Part shown: positions 8,464-19,260 of the stretch, one piece after another
Numbering within the stretch: the stretch's first letter is position 1
Layout of the letters: each line of letters begins with the position of its first letter
Source of the DNA: an uncultured archaeon
GTDB taxonomy: Archaea > EX4484-52 > JAADEF01
Reading direction: 5' to 3'
Assembly (NCBI GenBank): GCA_964407715.1
Contig: CAYOWP010000011.1
Coordinates: forward strand, 1-34,286
Length of the DNA: 34,286 bases
Notes under the pieces: generated by a model
Seen by the model: the letters and a program-made list of their open reading frames with translations, nothing else
What the model was told of the DNA's origin: nothing
The model's database searches: none
Translations under genes and position numbers: made by a program

Positions 8464-9840
8464 TCACCTTTTACATCTCAAAATTTCGTAAATTAAATCT
8501 CTTAATTTATCAAATTTGGTTTTGTTTGGCGCTTCTATTGTGATCCTCATGACATCTTCTGTTCCTGATGTCCTTATTAAAACATAACCTCCATCTATCT
8601 CCATCTTAATGCCATCTATCCTACTTATTATTTCTATATCCTTCTCATTTGAGATTTTCTCCACTACAGAATCAACATCCCTATATGGGCTTATTTTTAA
8701 TACATCAACATATATATCAGGAAGATGCCTATAATGCTTAAGGATTTCTTCTCTATTCTTTATATAAAAGATAGATGAGGCAAATCCCGAATGATAATAA
8801 CTTATCTTGCTAAATCCTATATGATTGTTTGGCTCACCAAATATCTCACTATCACTCTTCTTGGCTTCATTACTCACAAATACATCGCCGACTTTAGTTC
8901 TAAAAACCTTAATTCCTTTTTCCTCTAAAAATCCTGCATATATCTCAGAGAAATCAATTGACGTCGTGATGCTCTCAGGATTTAATGATAATGCAAAGCA
9001 TGCTAACATTCTATTTCCTTCCAATATTCCTATCTCTGAATCATATATAACTAATCTATCCCCATCTGGATCAAAAAAGAAGAGAATTTCCTTATCATCA
9101 TAGTCATTTATTATTTTTTCTAAGGCTTCTCTATTTAGCTCCGCAGAAAACTCGTCTAGAATCATATAAGGCGCATATTCCAGTATATTAATCTCGCTAT
9201 CAAAATTTCTTTTAATATATCTTAATATTGGAGAGACACTAGAATTTTGCACAAAAAATCCAATTTTCTCTCCAACATACTTTCCAATGCTTTCCATATT
9301 AAAACTCCTTAGCATAGTATTTATATATTCCTTATATGCATCATAATGTACTTCCATATATATTTCCTTCTTTAAATCTTTCTCATTGGTTTTTCTTAAT
9401 GATTCCTCTAACTCATCCTCCTTTATCTCATAAAGAAAGATGTCCTTTATTTCCTTGAGCTTCTCATTTGTTAAAGGTAAAGAATCAAACATGAATTTAA
9501 AGCCATTCATAGTGAATGGATTATGAGATGCTGTTATCTCTACTCCCATAGCAGAGTATCTCTTAGACATTAAAGCAACCAAATCTGTTGGTGCGATTCC
9601 AACATCCATAACTTTTATTCCTTCTATGTAAATGCCATTAATGAATGCATCTTTTAGGATTGGTGTACTTTCCCTTAAATCTCCTCCTATTATTATTTCT
9701 CTTGGTAATCCATTTTTAATGATATACTTTCCCAAGGCCAATCCTAACCTAAAAGAAAAGAGAACATCTATCTCTTTTGGATAATATCCTCTTATATCAT
9801 ACCTCTTGAAAACTCTCTCATAAACATCATCTTTTTTCAT
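8464..9840 (-). CDS. Phosphomannomutase/phosphoglucomutase (alpha-D-phosphohexomutase family)
   Basis: YDIRG, TASHNP (phosphoserine loop), DPDGDR metal loop, KVGD, RTSGTE. Confidence 0.92.
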   Translation of the reverse strand: MKKDDVYERVFKRYDIRGYYPKEIDVLFSFRLGLALGKYIIKNGLPREIIIGGDLRESTPILKDAFINGIYIEGIKVMDVGIAPTDLVALMSKRYSAMGVEITASHNPFTMNGFKFMFDSLPLTNEKLKEIKDIFLYEIKEDELEESLRKTNEKDLKKEIYMEVHYDAYKEYINTMLRSFNMESIGKYVGEKIGFFVQNSSVSPILRYIKRNFDSEINILEYAPYMILDEFSAELNREALEKIINDYDDKEILFFFDPDGDRLVIYDSEIGILEGNRMLACFALSLNPESITTSIDFSEIYAGFLEEKGIKVFRTKVGDVFVSNEAKKSDSEIFGEPNNHIGFSKISYYHSGFASSIFYIKNREEILKHYRHLPDIYVDVLKISPYRDVDSVVEKISNEKDIEIISRIDGIKMEIDGGYVLIRTSGTEDVMRITIEAPNKTKFDKLRDLIYEILRCKR

Positions 9841-9855
9841 TTTCTTTCACCTCTC

Positions 9856-10392
9856 TCATATAATCTCCACATCATTCTCTTGCTTTTTATTGTTTTCAGG
9901 CATTTTAAGATTAAGAATGTCCTTTAACTCTGTAAGGAACTCAATGGTATATGTTGGCTTCTCTATCTCTCCTTCCTCTTCTTTTGTGGCATATTTGCCC
10001 CTTATTATTCTTATGGATTTTATTCCTGCAAGATTAGCCATTCTCACATCAACATCTGGTCTATCACCTATATAATAAACATTTTCCTTTTTGATACTTT
10101 TCCCTATTTTATCTTTTAATAATGTAATCGCTATCCTTATCAACTTTGGATCAGGTTTAAGAGTATCATATTCTCTAACGCTCATTATCACATCAAATTT
10201 ATCTTCTATATTATATGTTCTCAATATCTCCTCTATATATTCCTTAGATAGCGAAGAAATTATCCCTATAAAAATATTGTTTTCTTTTAACATCTCTAAT
10301 GCTGGTTTCACATCATCATATAATCCCTTTCTTGGTGAAAACAACGTATTGTATACATCAAAAATTACAAACACATGTTCCTTGTTACCCAT
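9856..10392 (-). CDS. HAD-superfamily hydrolase
   Basis: FDVYNTL, KPDP, YIGDRPDVD; start 10392 follows GAGGTGA RBS. Confidence 0.88.
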   Translation of the reverse strand: MGNKEHVFVIFDVYNTLFSPRKGLYDDVKPALEMLKENNIFIGIISSLSKEYIEEILRTYNIEDKFDVIMSVREYDTLKPDPKLIRIAITLLKDKIGKSIKKENVYYIGDRPDVDVRMANLAGIKSIRIIRGKYATKEEEGEIEKPTYTIEFLTELKDILNLKMPENNKKQENDVEII

Positions 10393-10403
10393 ATCTTTCA
10401 CCT

Positions 10404-11429
10404 CTATAAAAAGTAAAGGAATAGCATTATTATGCAAATAAGGGTTTGAAGAAATGCTATTTTATATACTATTTCCTTTTCAGTATTTTTGCCATTCATA
10501 AATATATGCGTTAAGGAATATATCTTCTTATAAGGTCTTGATAGCGTATTATCAGGGTTTATCTTACCAAAACTCTCGGCCTCAAATTTACTTCTTGCTT
10601 TTAGTATCAACTCAACAAACCATAAAATAAAAATACTTATTGCAAATTTTTCTATATCTCCGAGTATAGCAATCACACCTATAGTATATCCAATAAGATA
10701 TGCCAAGCTATCACCTGGAAATATTTTTGAAGGATATCTATTATAATAATAAAATACCATTAAAGAGATAAGAAAGAAAATACCTATAATCGCAGATTCC
10801 ATACGAGTATGCAAAAATGAAAATATGGATAATGTGAATATAGTTATTATTCCAAGTAAAGCCTCTAATCCATTTAACCCTGCAAGCATGTTTGTTGCAT
10901 TTGAAGCACCAATAATGCCTATAGGAACCAAAATTAAAGGATAAATTAAGCCTATATGTATTACTCCAAATAATGGAATTGATATGTAATCACGTGTTAG
11001 CATAGCAAACATAATAGGCAAAGATGAAGGTAAAGGAATTATCAATTTATATTTTTGATCAAATCCAGATTTCTTTTTATTTTGTTTCTCTCTCTTAGAG
11101 AGTACAGTAAGATCCTCAAGAAATCCTATTATTGCCAGGAAAATCCCGCCAATTATATAAGCCAAAATCCATTCAATCTTTATATTGGCGGTGGGATAAA
11201 AAAGTCTCAATATAATTAAGAATATCAATAAAGCAAGCGAGGTTGTGAAGATAAGTGGAACTCCAAAGGATTCAGGAACTTTTCTCTTATCTTTTTTGTT
11301 AATGTCTTTTCCCATAAGATTTATTCTTATCAAATACTTTGAAAATCTCTTTATGGTTATGTTTGTGATGATGGCTTCCAATATAAGAATGAATACAAAG
11401 CTAATTATAAAAGGAATTAGGAGATTCAT
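10404..11429 (-). CDS. UDP-GlcNAc:dolichyl-phosphate GlcNAc-1-phosphotransferase (glycosyltransferase family 4, AglH/DPAGT1-like)
   Basis: GKDINK...VPE, NATNMLAGLNGLE, YNRYPSKIFPGD; polytopic membrane protein; directly downstream of aglB. Confidence 0.88.
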   Translation of the reverse strand: MNLLIPFIISFVFILILEAIITNITIKRFSKYLIRINLMGKDINKKDKRKVPESFGVPLIFTTSLALLIFLIILRLFYPTANIKIEWILAYIIGGIFLAIIGFLEDLTVLSKREKQNKKKSGFDQKYKLIIPLPSSLPIMFAMLTRDYISIPLFGVIHIGLIYPLILVPIGIIGASNATNMLAGLNGLEALLGIITIFTLSIFSFLHTRMESAIIGIFFLISLMVFYYYNRYPSKIFPGDSLAYLIGYTIGVIAILGDIEKFAISIFILWFVELILKARSKFEAESFGKINPDNTLSRPYKKIYSLTHIFMNGKNTEKEIVYKIAFLQTLICIIMLFLYFL

Positions 11430-11453
11430 TTTATCACCTCTCTTCATCCAAAT

Positions 11454-13976
11454 TTATTCTGCACTGTAATCTATCTCATCATAGTATAAAGGACATTCCC
11501 TCTTCTTTCCAGTTCTATAACTATCACTACAAGCATCTAATACTTGCTGGATATATGAGCGAGTTATATTATATTTGCTTAATTCGTTCTCAATATAAGT
11601 ATAGTTTATCTCATATATTTTTACATAGAAATTATCAAATACCTTTTTTACATAAGGAATTCTTTCGCCATTCTCTATATATAGTTTATGAAAGTTGCTA
11701 TGGAAAATCTTGTTTCCTACTTTATTATTTGGATGGGTAAATGTTAAATATGCTATTTGGGGATATCCTGGCAATATATAGAGGCATTCTTCAACATAAT
11801 TGGTTTTATTTTTATTCTTATCAAATAGCGATAAATCTATGATTCCTTTATGAGTGCATAAATATCTTATCTTAGGTGCCTGCGATATATAAATAGGATT
11901 CATATCTCTCGGTAGAAGTGTAATTCCTTTTGTGAAATCTATGCTATTGTTCTCTGTTAAAGGAACATATACCTTATAATAGGGCATTGCATAAATAAGA
12001 TATTTTCCTTGCATGTCTTTAAGCGATAACTGAGCATAGCTATCTATCCATAATCCATTATTTGCTATTTTACTCATTGCTGCGTATTTTCCTATCATGG
12101 TATAATCAACCAAGATATGTGTGGGATGAAAAGCATCAAGGTATAGCATATCCCATGTTTTGTTATATCTACCTGTGAAATACTTTGCTGCAAATACATT
12201 CCTATAACTCATTTGATTTCCTCCATCCAACAGTGTCTTTCTATTTCCAAGTGTTTGGAACCAATATCCAAAATCCCACCATGAAAGAATAACGGAATTC
12301 TCAGGAGTATTATTTTTGAGAAATCTCAATGCCTCATCCCAAAGTTGATTTTTTTCTGTATAACTCAATGATTTACCTACAAAAGATGCGTAACTTACAT
12401 TAAAATAAATTGTTGCTAATAGATATAGAGAAAGCAACACCATCCCGGATATTTTTATTATTTCTTTGAGTTGTATTTTTTCTGGGAATAAAAGGTGAAG
12501 GTTTTCTTTTATATAATAAAATATCATTCCAAGTCCATATCCAACAAATATGCACACAAATAATCCAGTTGGATATGAGATTCTAACCTTTGTTACAAAC
12601 ATTAGTAATGTTGCATAATTGAATAAATATAGCAAAGATTCTATCTTTAAATTCTCCCTTATCATAACCATTAGCGCTATTACCACAAATAAAATATATA
12701 AGACATTCGCGGTTGTATTTTCTCCAGATGATTTTAAGAAGGCATAATATGAAATAATTGCCAATGTATGTGATGTTATCGCAATGTATCTCGCGATGTT
12801 ATCCTTAATATTTTTAAGGATGAAAATATATGATGCTAACAAACCTATAAACCAAAATGAAATAATCATATCTATTTTTGATTTTGTGACCTCTACCCCA
12901 AATGTCTTTAGAAAATAACCTACATTGGCTGCTACATTCTCTGCAACTGTACTCTCAATAACCTGCTTTTTGTAAATCAAGACTCTCTTTACGTTCATTA
13001 GTATTTGAGAAATCTTAGGAATAAAGAATCCTGCCAATAAAGAAACAAAAAATGATGCGATAATTATGCTTGGGAAATATATCCTTTTTTGTTTTTCATT
13101 CCATTTAAGGAATTTCTCTAAGGTTATTAAGAACCCTATACCAATGACTGAGAGTAATACCATCATGTTTATGTAGTGGAATAGGGATCTATGGATATAT
13201 AATATCTTCATAATGATCAAATATGAAATTCCATAAATTATGTATGCTATGCTCTCTTTTTTATTTACTCTTCCAAGAAAGAGCATAAAAAAGATATAAG
13301 CTGTATATAGATAAAGTAGCATAATTGATCCTCCCCATACAGAATAAGCAAAAGCAGTAAAAATTCCTGCTAATATGCTATCTAATATCTTCCCTCTCTT
13401 TTGCGATTTTACAAAGAACAAAAAGCTTAAAAGTATGAAAATCCCTGCTAATGGCTCTTTTTCAAAGAATCCCTTTGAGCATCTAAATATCGTGGCATTA
13501 GAAAGAGCAAAACCTAATCCAGAGAAAAGTCCTGCTATTCTGTATTTTTTTCCAAAAATCTCTATGGTTATGAAATATAAAATGGGAACATAAAAAAAGC
13601 TTAATATTACTGGCATATATTGAGCATATTTCAAAAATTCAATTCCAAGAGGCTTACATATTAAGGCATAGATAGCTCCATAAATATAATATAGCACATA
13701 ATACTCTCTATAAGGAGAAAAACCTGTGGGATAATATCTCATATGATCAACATCAGGTAAAGTGAAATGATTATTTACAAGTATGTCAGTAATTCTATAA
13801 ATGTAATAGGGATCAATAGCCTGCAATATATCTATTCGTGGTAGACCTCTAATATAACATGCTAACAAACCGAGAAACACCAACAAAATATAATCAATCT
13901 TATCAAATAGAAATTTTAGCTTTGAAATGTCTATCTCTATCTCATCTTTTTTCAAAATCTTTCTGTTTTTATCCAT
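11454..13976 (-). CDS. aglB: Oligosaccharyltransferase AglB (STT3 family)
   Basis: DPYY, TVAE, SWWDFGYW, DxxMxxK (DYTMIGK); N-terminal multi-TM domain. Confidence 0.95.
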   Translation of the reverse strand: MDKNRKILKKDEIEIDISKLKFLFDKIDYILLVFLGLLACYIRGLPRIDILQAIDPYYIYRITDILVNNHFTLPDVDHMRYYPTGFSPYREYYVLYYIYGAIYALICKPLGIEFLKYAQYMPVILSFFYVPILYFITIEIFGKKYRIAGLFSGLGFALSNATIFRCSKGFFEKEPLAGIFILLSFLFFVKSQKRGKILDSILAGIFTAFAYSVWGGSIMLLYLYTAYIFFMLFLGRVNKKESIAYIIYGISYLIIMKILYIHRSLFHYINMMVLLSVIGIGFLITLEKFLKWNEKQKRIYFPSIIIASFFVSLLAGFFIPKISQILMNVKRVLIYKKQVIESTVAENVAANVGYFLKTFGVEVTKSKIDMIISFWFIGLLASYIFILKNIKDNIARYIAITSHTLAIISYYAFLKSSGENTTANVLYILFVVIALMVMIRENLKIESLLYLFNYATLLMFVTKVRISYPTGLFVCIFVGYGLGMIFYYIKENLHLLFPEKIQLKEIIKISGMVLLSLYLLATIYFNVSYASFVGKSLSYTEKNQLWDEALRFLKNNTPENSVILSWWDFGYWFQTLGNRKTLLDGGNQMSYRNVFAAKYFTGRYNKTWDMLYLDAFHPTHILVDYTMIGKYAAMSKIANNGLWIDSYAQLSLKDMQGKYLIYAMPYYKVYVPLTENNSIDFTKGITLLPRDMNPIYISQAPKIRYLCTHKGIIDLSLFDKNKNKTNYVEECLYILPGYPQIAYLTFTHPNNKVGNKIFHSNFHKLYIENGERIPYVKKVFDNFYVKIYEINYTYIENELSKYNITRSYIQQVLDACSDSYRTGKKRECPLYYDEIDYSAE

Positions 13977-14032
13977 AATTTCTATTTTAATTTGTTCATA
14001 TCTTTTAAAAAATTTTAATGTATTTTTATTTT

Positions 14033-14536
14033 ATGGCAATACCTAAGGAAAAGTATCTAAAAGAAGTAAAATACGCAAATTATACCTATATCAGCAAGCA
14101 AGAGATGAAGGAATATCTTGAAAAAATAAATAAAAGATTTGAAATTTCTTATGATTTCTATAAGGATTATGTTTTTGTGAGAAGCTCTGACAAAATATGG
14201 ATAATGTCAAAGGATGTTCTCAAGCATGACCTTAGAAAACTTCGCATTGAGGGTATAGGATTTGTGTTCGGAAGAATTATAAAAGGAGACATTAAATTAA
14301 CAACAAATGCTGTCCAGTTATTTGGAAAATATGCAAATAAAAATGTATTTGAGTTAACGAATGAGGAAGAGGAGTTATTCATAAGAGGTCTTGACTTAAA
14401 TAAATTTTTGGACACGACAGATGGGTATGTGATATTAAAAAATAACCATGATTACTTAGGATTGGGAAAATATATATCATCACAGCATCTTATAAAGAAT
14501 CTCGTACCAAAAGCAAGAAGAATAAAGAGATTGTGA
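14033..14536 (+). CDS. Nip7/RsmF C-terminal-like PUA-fold RNA-binding protein (probable ribosome biogenesis factor)
   Basis: GFVFGRI..., TTNAVQLFG, FIRGLDL, GYVIL, LGLG, NLVPKARR pattern. Confidence 0.65.
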   Translation: MAIPKEKYLKEVKYANYTYISKQEMKEYLEKINKRFEISYDFYKDYVFVRSSDKIWIMSKDVLKHDLRKLRIEGIGFVFGRIIKGDIKLTTNAVQLFGKYANKNVFELTNEEEELFIRGLDLNKFLDTTDGYVILKNNHDYLGLGKYISSQHLIKNLVPKARRIKRL

Positions 14537-14542
14537 TGAAAT

Positions 14543-15829
14543 ATGGTGGAGATAAAAAGATTAAAAGGTACAAGAGATTACGAGCCAGAAAAGGCAGAGA
14601 TGTTGTTTAATATCATAAAAGCAGGAAGGAAGATATTCTCAAAGTATGGTTTTTTACCTCTTGATACGAGTTCCTTAGAGAGATGGGAAACCTTGATCTC
14701 AAAAGATGTTAATGCTGGAGAAGAAATAAAGAGACAAACATATAACTTTAAAGATATAGGAGGTAAACATATAGGCTTAAGATATGATTTGACTATCTCA
14801 TTAATAAGATATGTTGTAGAGCATAAGAATTTGATATTGCCTTTTAAGAGATATCAAATAGGAAAAGTTTATCGATATGAAGAGGCAAAACGCTCAAGAT
14901 ATAGGGAATTCTATCAATTTGATTTGGATGTAATAGGAGGAAAAAGCTTTTTATATGATGCTGAATTACTTAAGATTGCAAATGAATTTTTTGATGAATT
15001 AGGAATAAAGAACCACGTAACTCTCATTAACAACAGAAAATTTGCTTACACCTTCATAAATAAAAAATTGGGAGTAAAAGAAGAGAACATACCTAATGTA
15101 ATGCGCATCATCGATAAAATAGATAAAATCACATATGAAGAATTTGCAGAGAGCATGAAGAAATTTGTCTCTCTTCCCATTAAAGATATCAAAGATATAT
15201 ATGCATTACTTAAAGAGGAATTTTATAATGCAAAGGATTTCTCATCTGCTTTTGGTGTAAATGAAGAGGAGCTTATTGTGTTAGAAGATGCTCTAAAAAG
15301 CATGAATGTTAAGAACTATGCCTTTTCTATGAAAATCGTGAGGGGTTTAGGATATTACACAAGCAATGTCTTTGAGACTTTTATTAGAGATTATAAACAA
15401 ATAGGAAGCATAGGCGGAGGGGGAAGATATGACAATGTCTTTGATAAAATATTAAAAATGCACATACCTTGTGTAGGATATTCGTTTGGTGTTGATAGAA
15501 TCATTGATTACTTAACAGCCAAAAATAGTAAAAGGGCATTGTTGGATGTTTATATAGGTTATGTGTCAGAGGAGAATATAAAAGATGCAATATATATAAG
15601 AGATGTTCTTAAGAATGCTGGACTAAGAGCGTGTGTTATATATGATCACAAAAGTTTAACTAACCAAATAAGACATGCTGATAGATTGAAAATAGAGCAC
15701 TTTATTATAGTAGGGAAAAGGGACTTGGAAAAGGGCATGGTAACATATAGAAATCTAAGAACAGGAGAGGAAAGGAAGATAGGAATCAAAGAGTTAAAGG
15801 TGCTTAAAGATGTGGTTTGCAGGAATTGA
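14543..15829 (+). CDS. hisS: Histidyl-tRNA synthetase
   Basis: KGTRD, LRYDLT, RYREFYQFDLD, RGLGYYT, GGGGRYD, GYSFGVDR, C-terminal anticodon-binding domain. Confidence 0.97.
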   Translation: MVEIKRLKGTRDYEPEKAEMLFNIIKAGRKIFSKYGFLPLDTSSLERWETLISKDVNAGEEIKRQTYNFKDIGGKHIGLRYDLTISLIRYVVEHKNLILPFKRYQIGKVYRYEEAKRSRYREFYQFDLDVIGGKSFLYDAELLKIANEFFDELGIKNHVTLINNRKFAYTFINKKLGVKEENIPNVMRIIDKIDKITYEEFAESMKKFVSLPIKDIKDIYALLKEEFYNAKDFSSAFGVNEEELIVLEDALKSMNVKNYAFSMKIVRGLGYYTSNVFETFIRDYKQIGSIGGGGRYDNVFDKILKMHIPCVGYSFGVDRIIDYLTAKNSKRALLDVYIGYVSEENIKDAIYIRDVLKNAGLRACVIYDHKSLTNQIRHADRLKIEHFIIVGKRDLEKGMVTYRNLRTGEERKIGIKELKVLKDVVCRN

Positions 15830-16337
15830 TTTGGCTGGAAAAAGTACAAATCCAACATGCATATGCTTTTATAACACCTCACAAAAAGGTTTTGTAATGA
15901 AAGAGGCATATAGTGATCAGCAAATTATCTCAGTAATAGATGTGTTCAAACCTAAGATAATTGCAATAGATGCTCCACTTTCTCTGCCAGAAAAAGGAAA
16001 GGCATTTAGAAAAGCAGAAAAAGAATTGATAATGATGGGTTATAGGCCGATAAGTGTAAATGTCCCATCTATGAGATTGCTATATGAAAGAGCCAAGAAA
16101 TTATTGCCATCATTGATGAAATATGGAGAAGTAATAGAGGTATTCGCAACAGCATCACTGAAATCCCTAAAATTGGATAAGGGATATGTGGAGAAAATCT
16201 TTGGAAGAAGGGTTAATAAAGATGAGATGGACGCTTTTGCATGTTGCATGAGCGCCATATATTATCATAAAGGAAACTACAAAGAATTAGGCGATAAATC
16301 TGAAGGTATTATTATTCTGCCTTTGCTCTTGATGTGA
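15810..16337 (+). CDS. DUF429-like predicted nuclease (RNase H fold)
   Basis: GIDLA, AIDAPLSLP, R.AE, IEVF, DEMDAF. Confidence 0.8.
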   Translation: MWFAGIDLAGKSTNPTCICFYNTSQKGFVMKEAYSDQQIISVIDVFKPKIIAIDAPLSLPEKGKAFRKAEKELIMMGYRPISVNVPSMRLLYERAKKLLPSLMKYGEVIEVFATASLKSLKLDKGYVEKIFGRRVNKDEMDAFACCMSAIYYHKGNYKELGDKSEGIIILPLLLM

Positions 16338-16362
16338 AACTTAAGAAGGTTCAAAAATTCAG

Positions 16363-17760
16363 TTAATATAACACAATAACAACACCTCCATCTGCTCCTC
16401 TGGCTCCACTCTCACCATTGCACCATTCATCATAGCTTATTCCTCCTTGTCCTCCACGACCTCCACCACCAGGCCATTCACCAACCCATTTATTCGCTCC
16501 TGGACCTCCTCCAAAAGGAGAAGTTCCATCTTTTCCACAGAGATTAAGGAGATTTCCTCCATATCCACAACCATCTTTTCCAGCACTTCCCGGACAATTA
16601 AACCATGATCCCTGAGGTTTTCCTCCCCCTCCACCAGTAGCACCTAATAATGTCACTCCATTTCTTCGTACCTCTGAGGAACCACCAGATTGTCCGCTAT
16701 GTTCTATACCTGCATTCGCACCTGCTGCATCTCCTCCACCTGATCCTCCAGCCCCCACTATTATAGTTAAAGTATCTCCAGGCGAGACATCATAAATTCC
16801 CTCAGCATATCCTCCAGCGCCTCCTGGCGCCCCCATACAGTCACATCCTCCATCAGTACCTCCTCCGCCTGCTCCCCAAACCCTAATATGTGCTTTTGAA
16901 ACCCCTGAAGGAATAGTATAAGAATAAGTACCTGCCTTATTATATACAAGAATCTTACGAATTTCATCTCCACTTGGCCAAGAAGTTATGCACTCTGATC
17001 CTATACAAAATCCAGTATTGGACTTTATATACCCTGCGACATCCAACTTTGCTGTTGGGGATGTTGTTCCTATTCCCACATTGCCATTATTTTTAATAAC
17101 AAACATTCCCCATCGAGTAGTTCCGCTATCGGAAGTATAACCAATTTCAATTCTTTCTTGAGTACTTGGATTGTGAATATGCCAATATCCAGAACCAGCA
17201 GTTCTTTCTAATGTAATCCAATCTCCATGTCCTTGTTTGATTCCAAGTTTACCATGTGGAGATGTAGTACTTATTCCAACTCTTCCTGTGCTAACATCCA
17301 CAAATAACTTTCCACTTCCAATGTTAAGATTTCCTGATCCTGTAATAGAGCCAGAGATTTTCACATCTCCTCTCACATCCAACTTCGCTGTTGGTGAAGC
17401 TGTCCCTATTCCAACTCTCCCAGTACTAACATCCACAAATAACTTTCCACTACCGATGTTCAAGGTACCTGATGAGATAATAGCGCCAGCGGAGTTTAAT
17501 CCGCCTACATTGATTGTATGCGTAGTGGTGGCTCCATTGTTTGTTATGTCTTGTAATGTGTCTTCTATAATGCCTGCATCTATCCTTCCATTCTCGTCCG
17601 AGTCAATAGATGTCAAATCAAACCGGCTTTTTGCGATTTGCGAGAGATAATGCCATGGCTTTGTTACATCCACATCCATAGCTAAAGCTATGGAATATAA
17701 AAGCATAAGCGTTATCAAGACCTGAGCTGCTATCGAGAGGAGTTTTTGTGAGCATTTCAT
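16363..17760 (-). CDS. Secreted/surface protein with tail-fibre-like GxVGIGTxSP repeats and a Gly-rich C-terminal domain
   Basis: N-terminal signal-like hydrophobic stretch; three GRVGIGT/GNVGIGTTSPTAKLDV repeats; VWGAGGGG...GADGGVVIVLY domain; start 17760 chosen over 17805. Confidence 0.8.
   Translation of the reverse strand: MKCSQKLLSIAAQVLITLMLLYSIALAMDVDVTKPWHYLSQIAKSRFDLTSIDSDENGRIDAGIIEDTLQDITNNGATTTHTINVGGLNSAGAIISSGTLNIGSGKLFVDVSTGRVGIGTASPTAKLDVRGDVKISGSITGSGNLNIGSGKLFVDVSTGRVGISTTSPHGKLGIKQGHGDWITLERTAGSGYWHIHNPSTQERIEIGYTSDSGTTRWGMFVIKNNGNVGIGTTSPTAKLDVAGYIKSNTGFCIGSECITSWPSGDEIRKILVYNKAGTYSYTIPSGVSKAHIRVWGAGGGGTDGGCDCMGAPGGAGGYAEGIYDVSPGDTLTIIVGAGGSGGGDAAGANAGIEHSGQSGGSSEVRRNGVTLLGATGGGGGKPQGSWFNCPGSAGKDGCGYGGNLLNLCGKDGTSPFGGGPGANKWVGEWPGGGGRGGQGGISYDEWCNGESGARGADGGVVIVLY
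17273..17460 (-). repeat. Intragenic direct repeat (135-bp offset) encoding NIGSGKLFVDVSTGRVGI twice
   Basis: 17273-17325 matches 17408-17460 apart from a few third-position changes. Confidence 0.85.
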
Positions 17761-17796
17761 ATATCTTATATTAGGTTGAGAAAGTATATATTTATT

Positions 17797-17990
17797 TGTT
17801 AACATTTAGTATAGAAAAGTTAACATGCCGCATTCCATGAGTGAATGGAGATATTTTCTCGTTAACTATGTTTTTAATAAAACATGGTTAACAGGAAGCA
17901 TACCACATCAACAACACACATCAGAGCAGCTAATCTTTAACAAAAGGTTAGAGATGTGCCTTCTCAAAAGGCAATAAAGCAGCTATCCTT
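17797..17990 (-). repeat. Repeat locus 4: two degenerate partial units around an intact junction
   Basis: TTTTCTCGTTAACTA-TGTTTTTAATAAAACA-TGGTTAACAGGAAGCATACC...AGAGCAGCTAATC-N9-AAGGTTAG. Confidence 0.8.
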
Positions 17991-18021
17991 TTATGGACAA
18001 TGCCTTATTTATATTTTTATC

Positions 18022-18037
18022 AAAAAAACTTTATAAA
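18022..18037 (+). promoter_or_regulatory. Putative BRE/TATA box for a leaderless rfcL transcript
   Basis: AAAAAAAC-TTTATAAA ending 24 nt before the ATG at 18062. Confidence 0.5.
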
Positions 18038-18061
18038 ACTCACATAAACAATAATTAATAT

Positions 18062-19213
18062 ATGCCATTGGAAAACTACACGGTAAAATATTTTCCTAAA
18101 AGTATAGATGAGTTTTTGGGTAATAAACCGCAACTTTTTAAGGTCATAAATTACATAAAAAATCCGATACCTGGAAAGGCTTTGCTATTATATGGCCCTC
18201 CAGGAACAGGAAAAACAGCATCAGTATATCTTGCAGCCAAAATAACAAACGCAAAGGTAATAGAAACCAACGCATCAGATACAAGAAATCTCATGAAGAT
18301 AAAAGAACTCGCGGAAGGAGTAGGACAACAAAGGATTTTGTTCTCACAAAGGCATGTAATTCTTTTGGATGAAGTAGATGGCATAAGTTCAAGTTTTGAG
18401 GAAAGGGGAGCAATATATGCAATCACAGAATTAATAAACAAAGCAAAATATCCAATCATTCTGACAGCAAATGATGCATATGAAAAAAAGCTCTCTCCTT
18501 TGTGGAGTATATGTGAAATGATAAAGTTCAACAAAGTACCTTCTCGTGAAATCTTCTCAAGATTGAAATTTATTGCTGAAGAAGAGGGATTAAAAATTGA
18601 TGAGAAAGCATTAAAATTTATAGCTGATAGAAGTAATGGAGATGTTCGAGGAGCATTAAATGACTTACAAATATTGGCATCAAAAAAGGAAAGAATAAGC
18701 TATGAAGATGCCCTAAATATCTTGGGATATAGAGAATATGACAAAGAAATATTTGAGGCCTTGCCAATAATATTCAAAACTGAAAAGTTAAAAACTGCAT
18801 TAATGGTTGCCTCACAGCTAAACATTGATTTAGATATGCTATTTGAATGGATAAGGGAAAACATAACAGTAGAATATAAAGATATTGAGGACATTGCAAA
18901 TGCGTATTATTATCTCTCCTTAGGAGACTTATATAGGAAGTTAATTGTTAAAAGGCAAAACTGGAAATTTTTGGCATATGCAAATGAATTCACCATTGGT
19001 GGAGTTGCTGTGGCAAAAAAGCAAAAGTACCCTGGTTTTACAAAATACAGATATCCTCTAAAGTTAAAGATACTGAAAGAAACAAAAGAAGAGAGAGGAG
19101 AGAGAAAAGAAGAGATATCAGAGCTATCAAAGAAATTGCATGCATCAACTAAAAAAGTTAGGGAACATTATGGATTCTTGCTAGAGATAATGGAACAACA
19201 CAAAAAGAAATAA
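18062..19213 (+). CDS. rfcL: Replication factor C large subunit
   Basis: KYFPK, GPPGTGKT, ETNASDTR, LLDEVDG, GDVRGALNDLQ, WIRENI, NWKFLAYA. Confidence 0.95.
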   Translation: MPLENYTVKYFPKSIDEFLGNKPQLFKVINYIKNPIPGKALLLYGPPGTGKTASVYLAAKITNAKVIETNASDTRNLMKIKELAEGVGQQRILFSQRHVILLDEVDGISSSFEERGAIYAITELINKAKYPIILTANDAYEKKLSPLWSICEMIKFNKVPSREIFSRLKFIAEEEGLKIDEKALKFIADRSNGDVRGALNDLQILASKKERISYEDALNILGYREYDKEIFEALPIIFKTEKLKTALMVASQLNIDLDMLFEWIRENITVEYKDIEDIANAYYYLSLGDLYRKLIVKRQNWKFLAYANEFTIGGVAVAKKQKYPGFTKYRYPLKLKILKETKEERGERKEEISELSKKLHASTKKVREHYGFLLEIMEQHKKK

Positions 19214-19260
19214 CTTTTTAAAGTTTAGGATCATAAAAATATTTAAAATCAGGTGAAAAA

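Noticed and set aside
8334-8543. ORF 8334-8543, and similarly 29059-29247
   Set aside because: Chance frames across repeat arrays with no protein-like features
16363-16960. Diversity-generating retroelement target in the surface protein C-terminus
   Set aside because: No template-repeat/variable-repeat pair and no reverse transcriptase in the window
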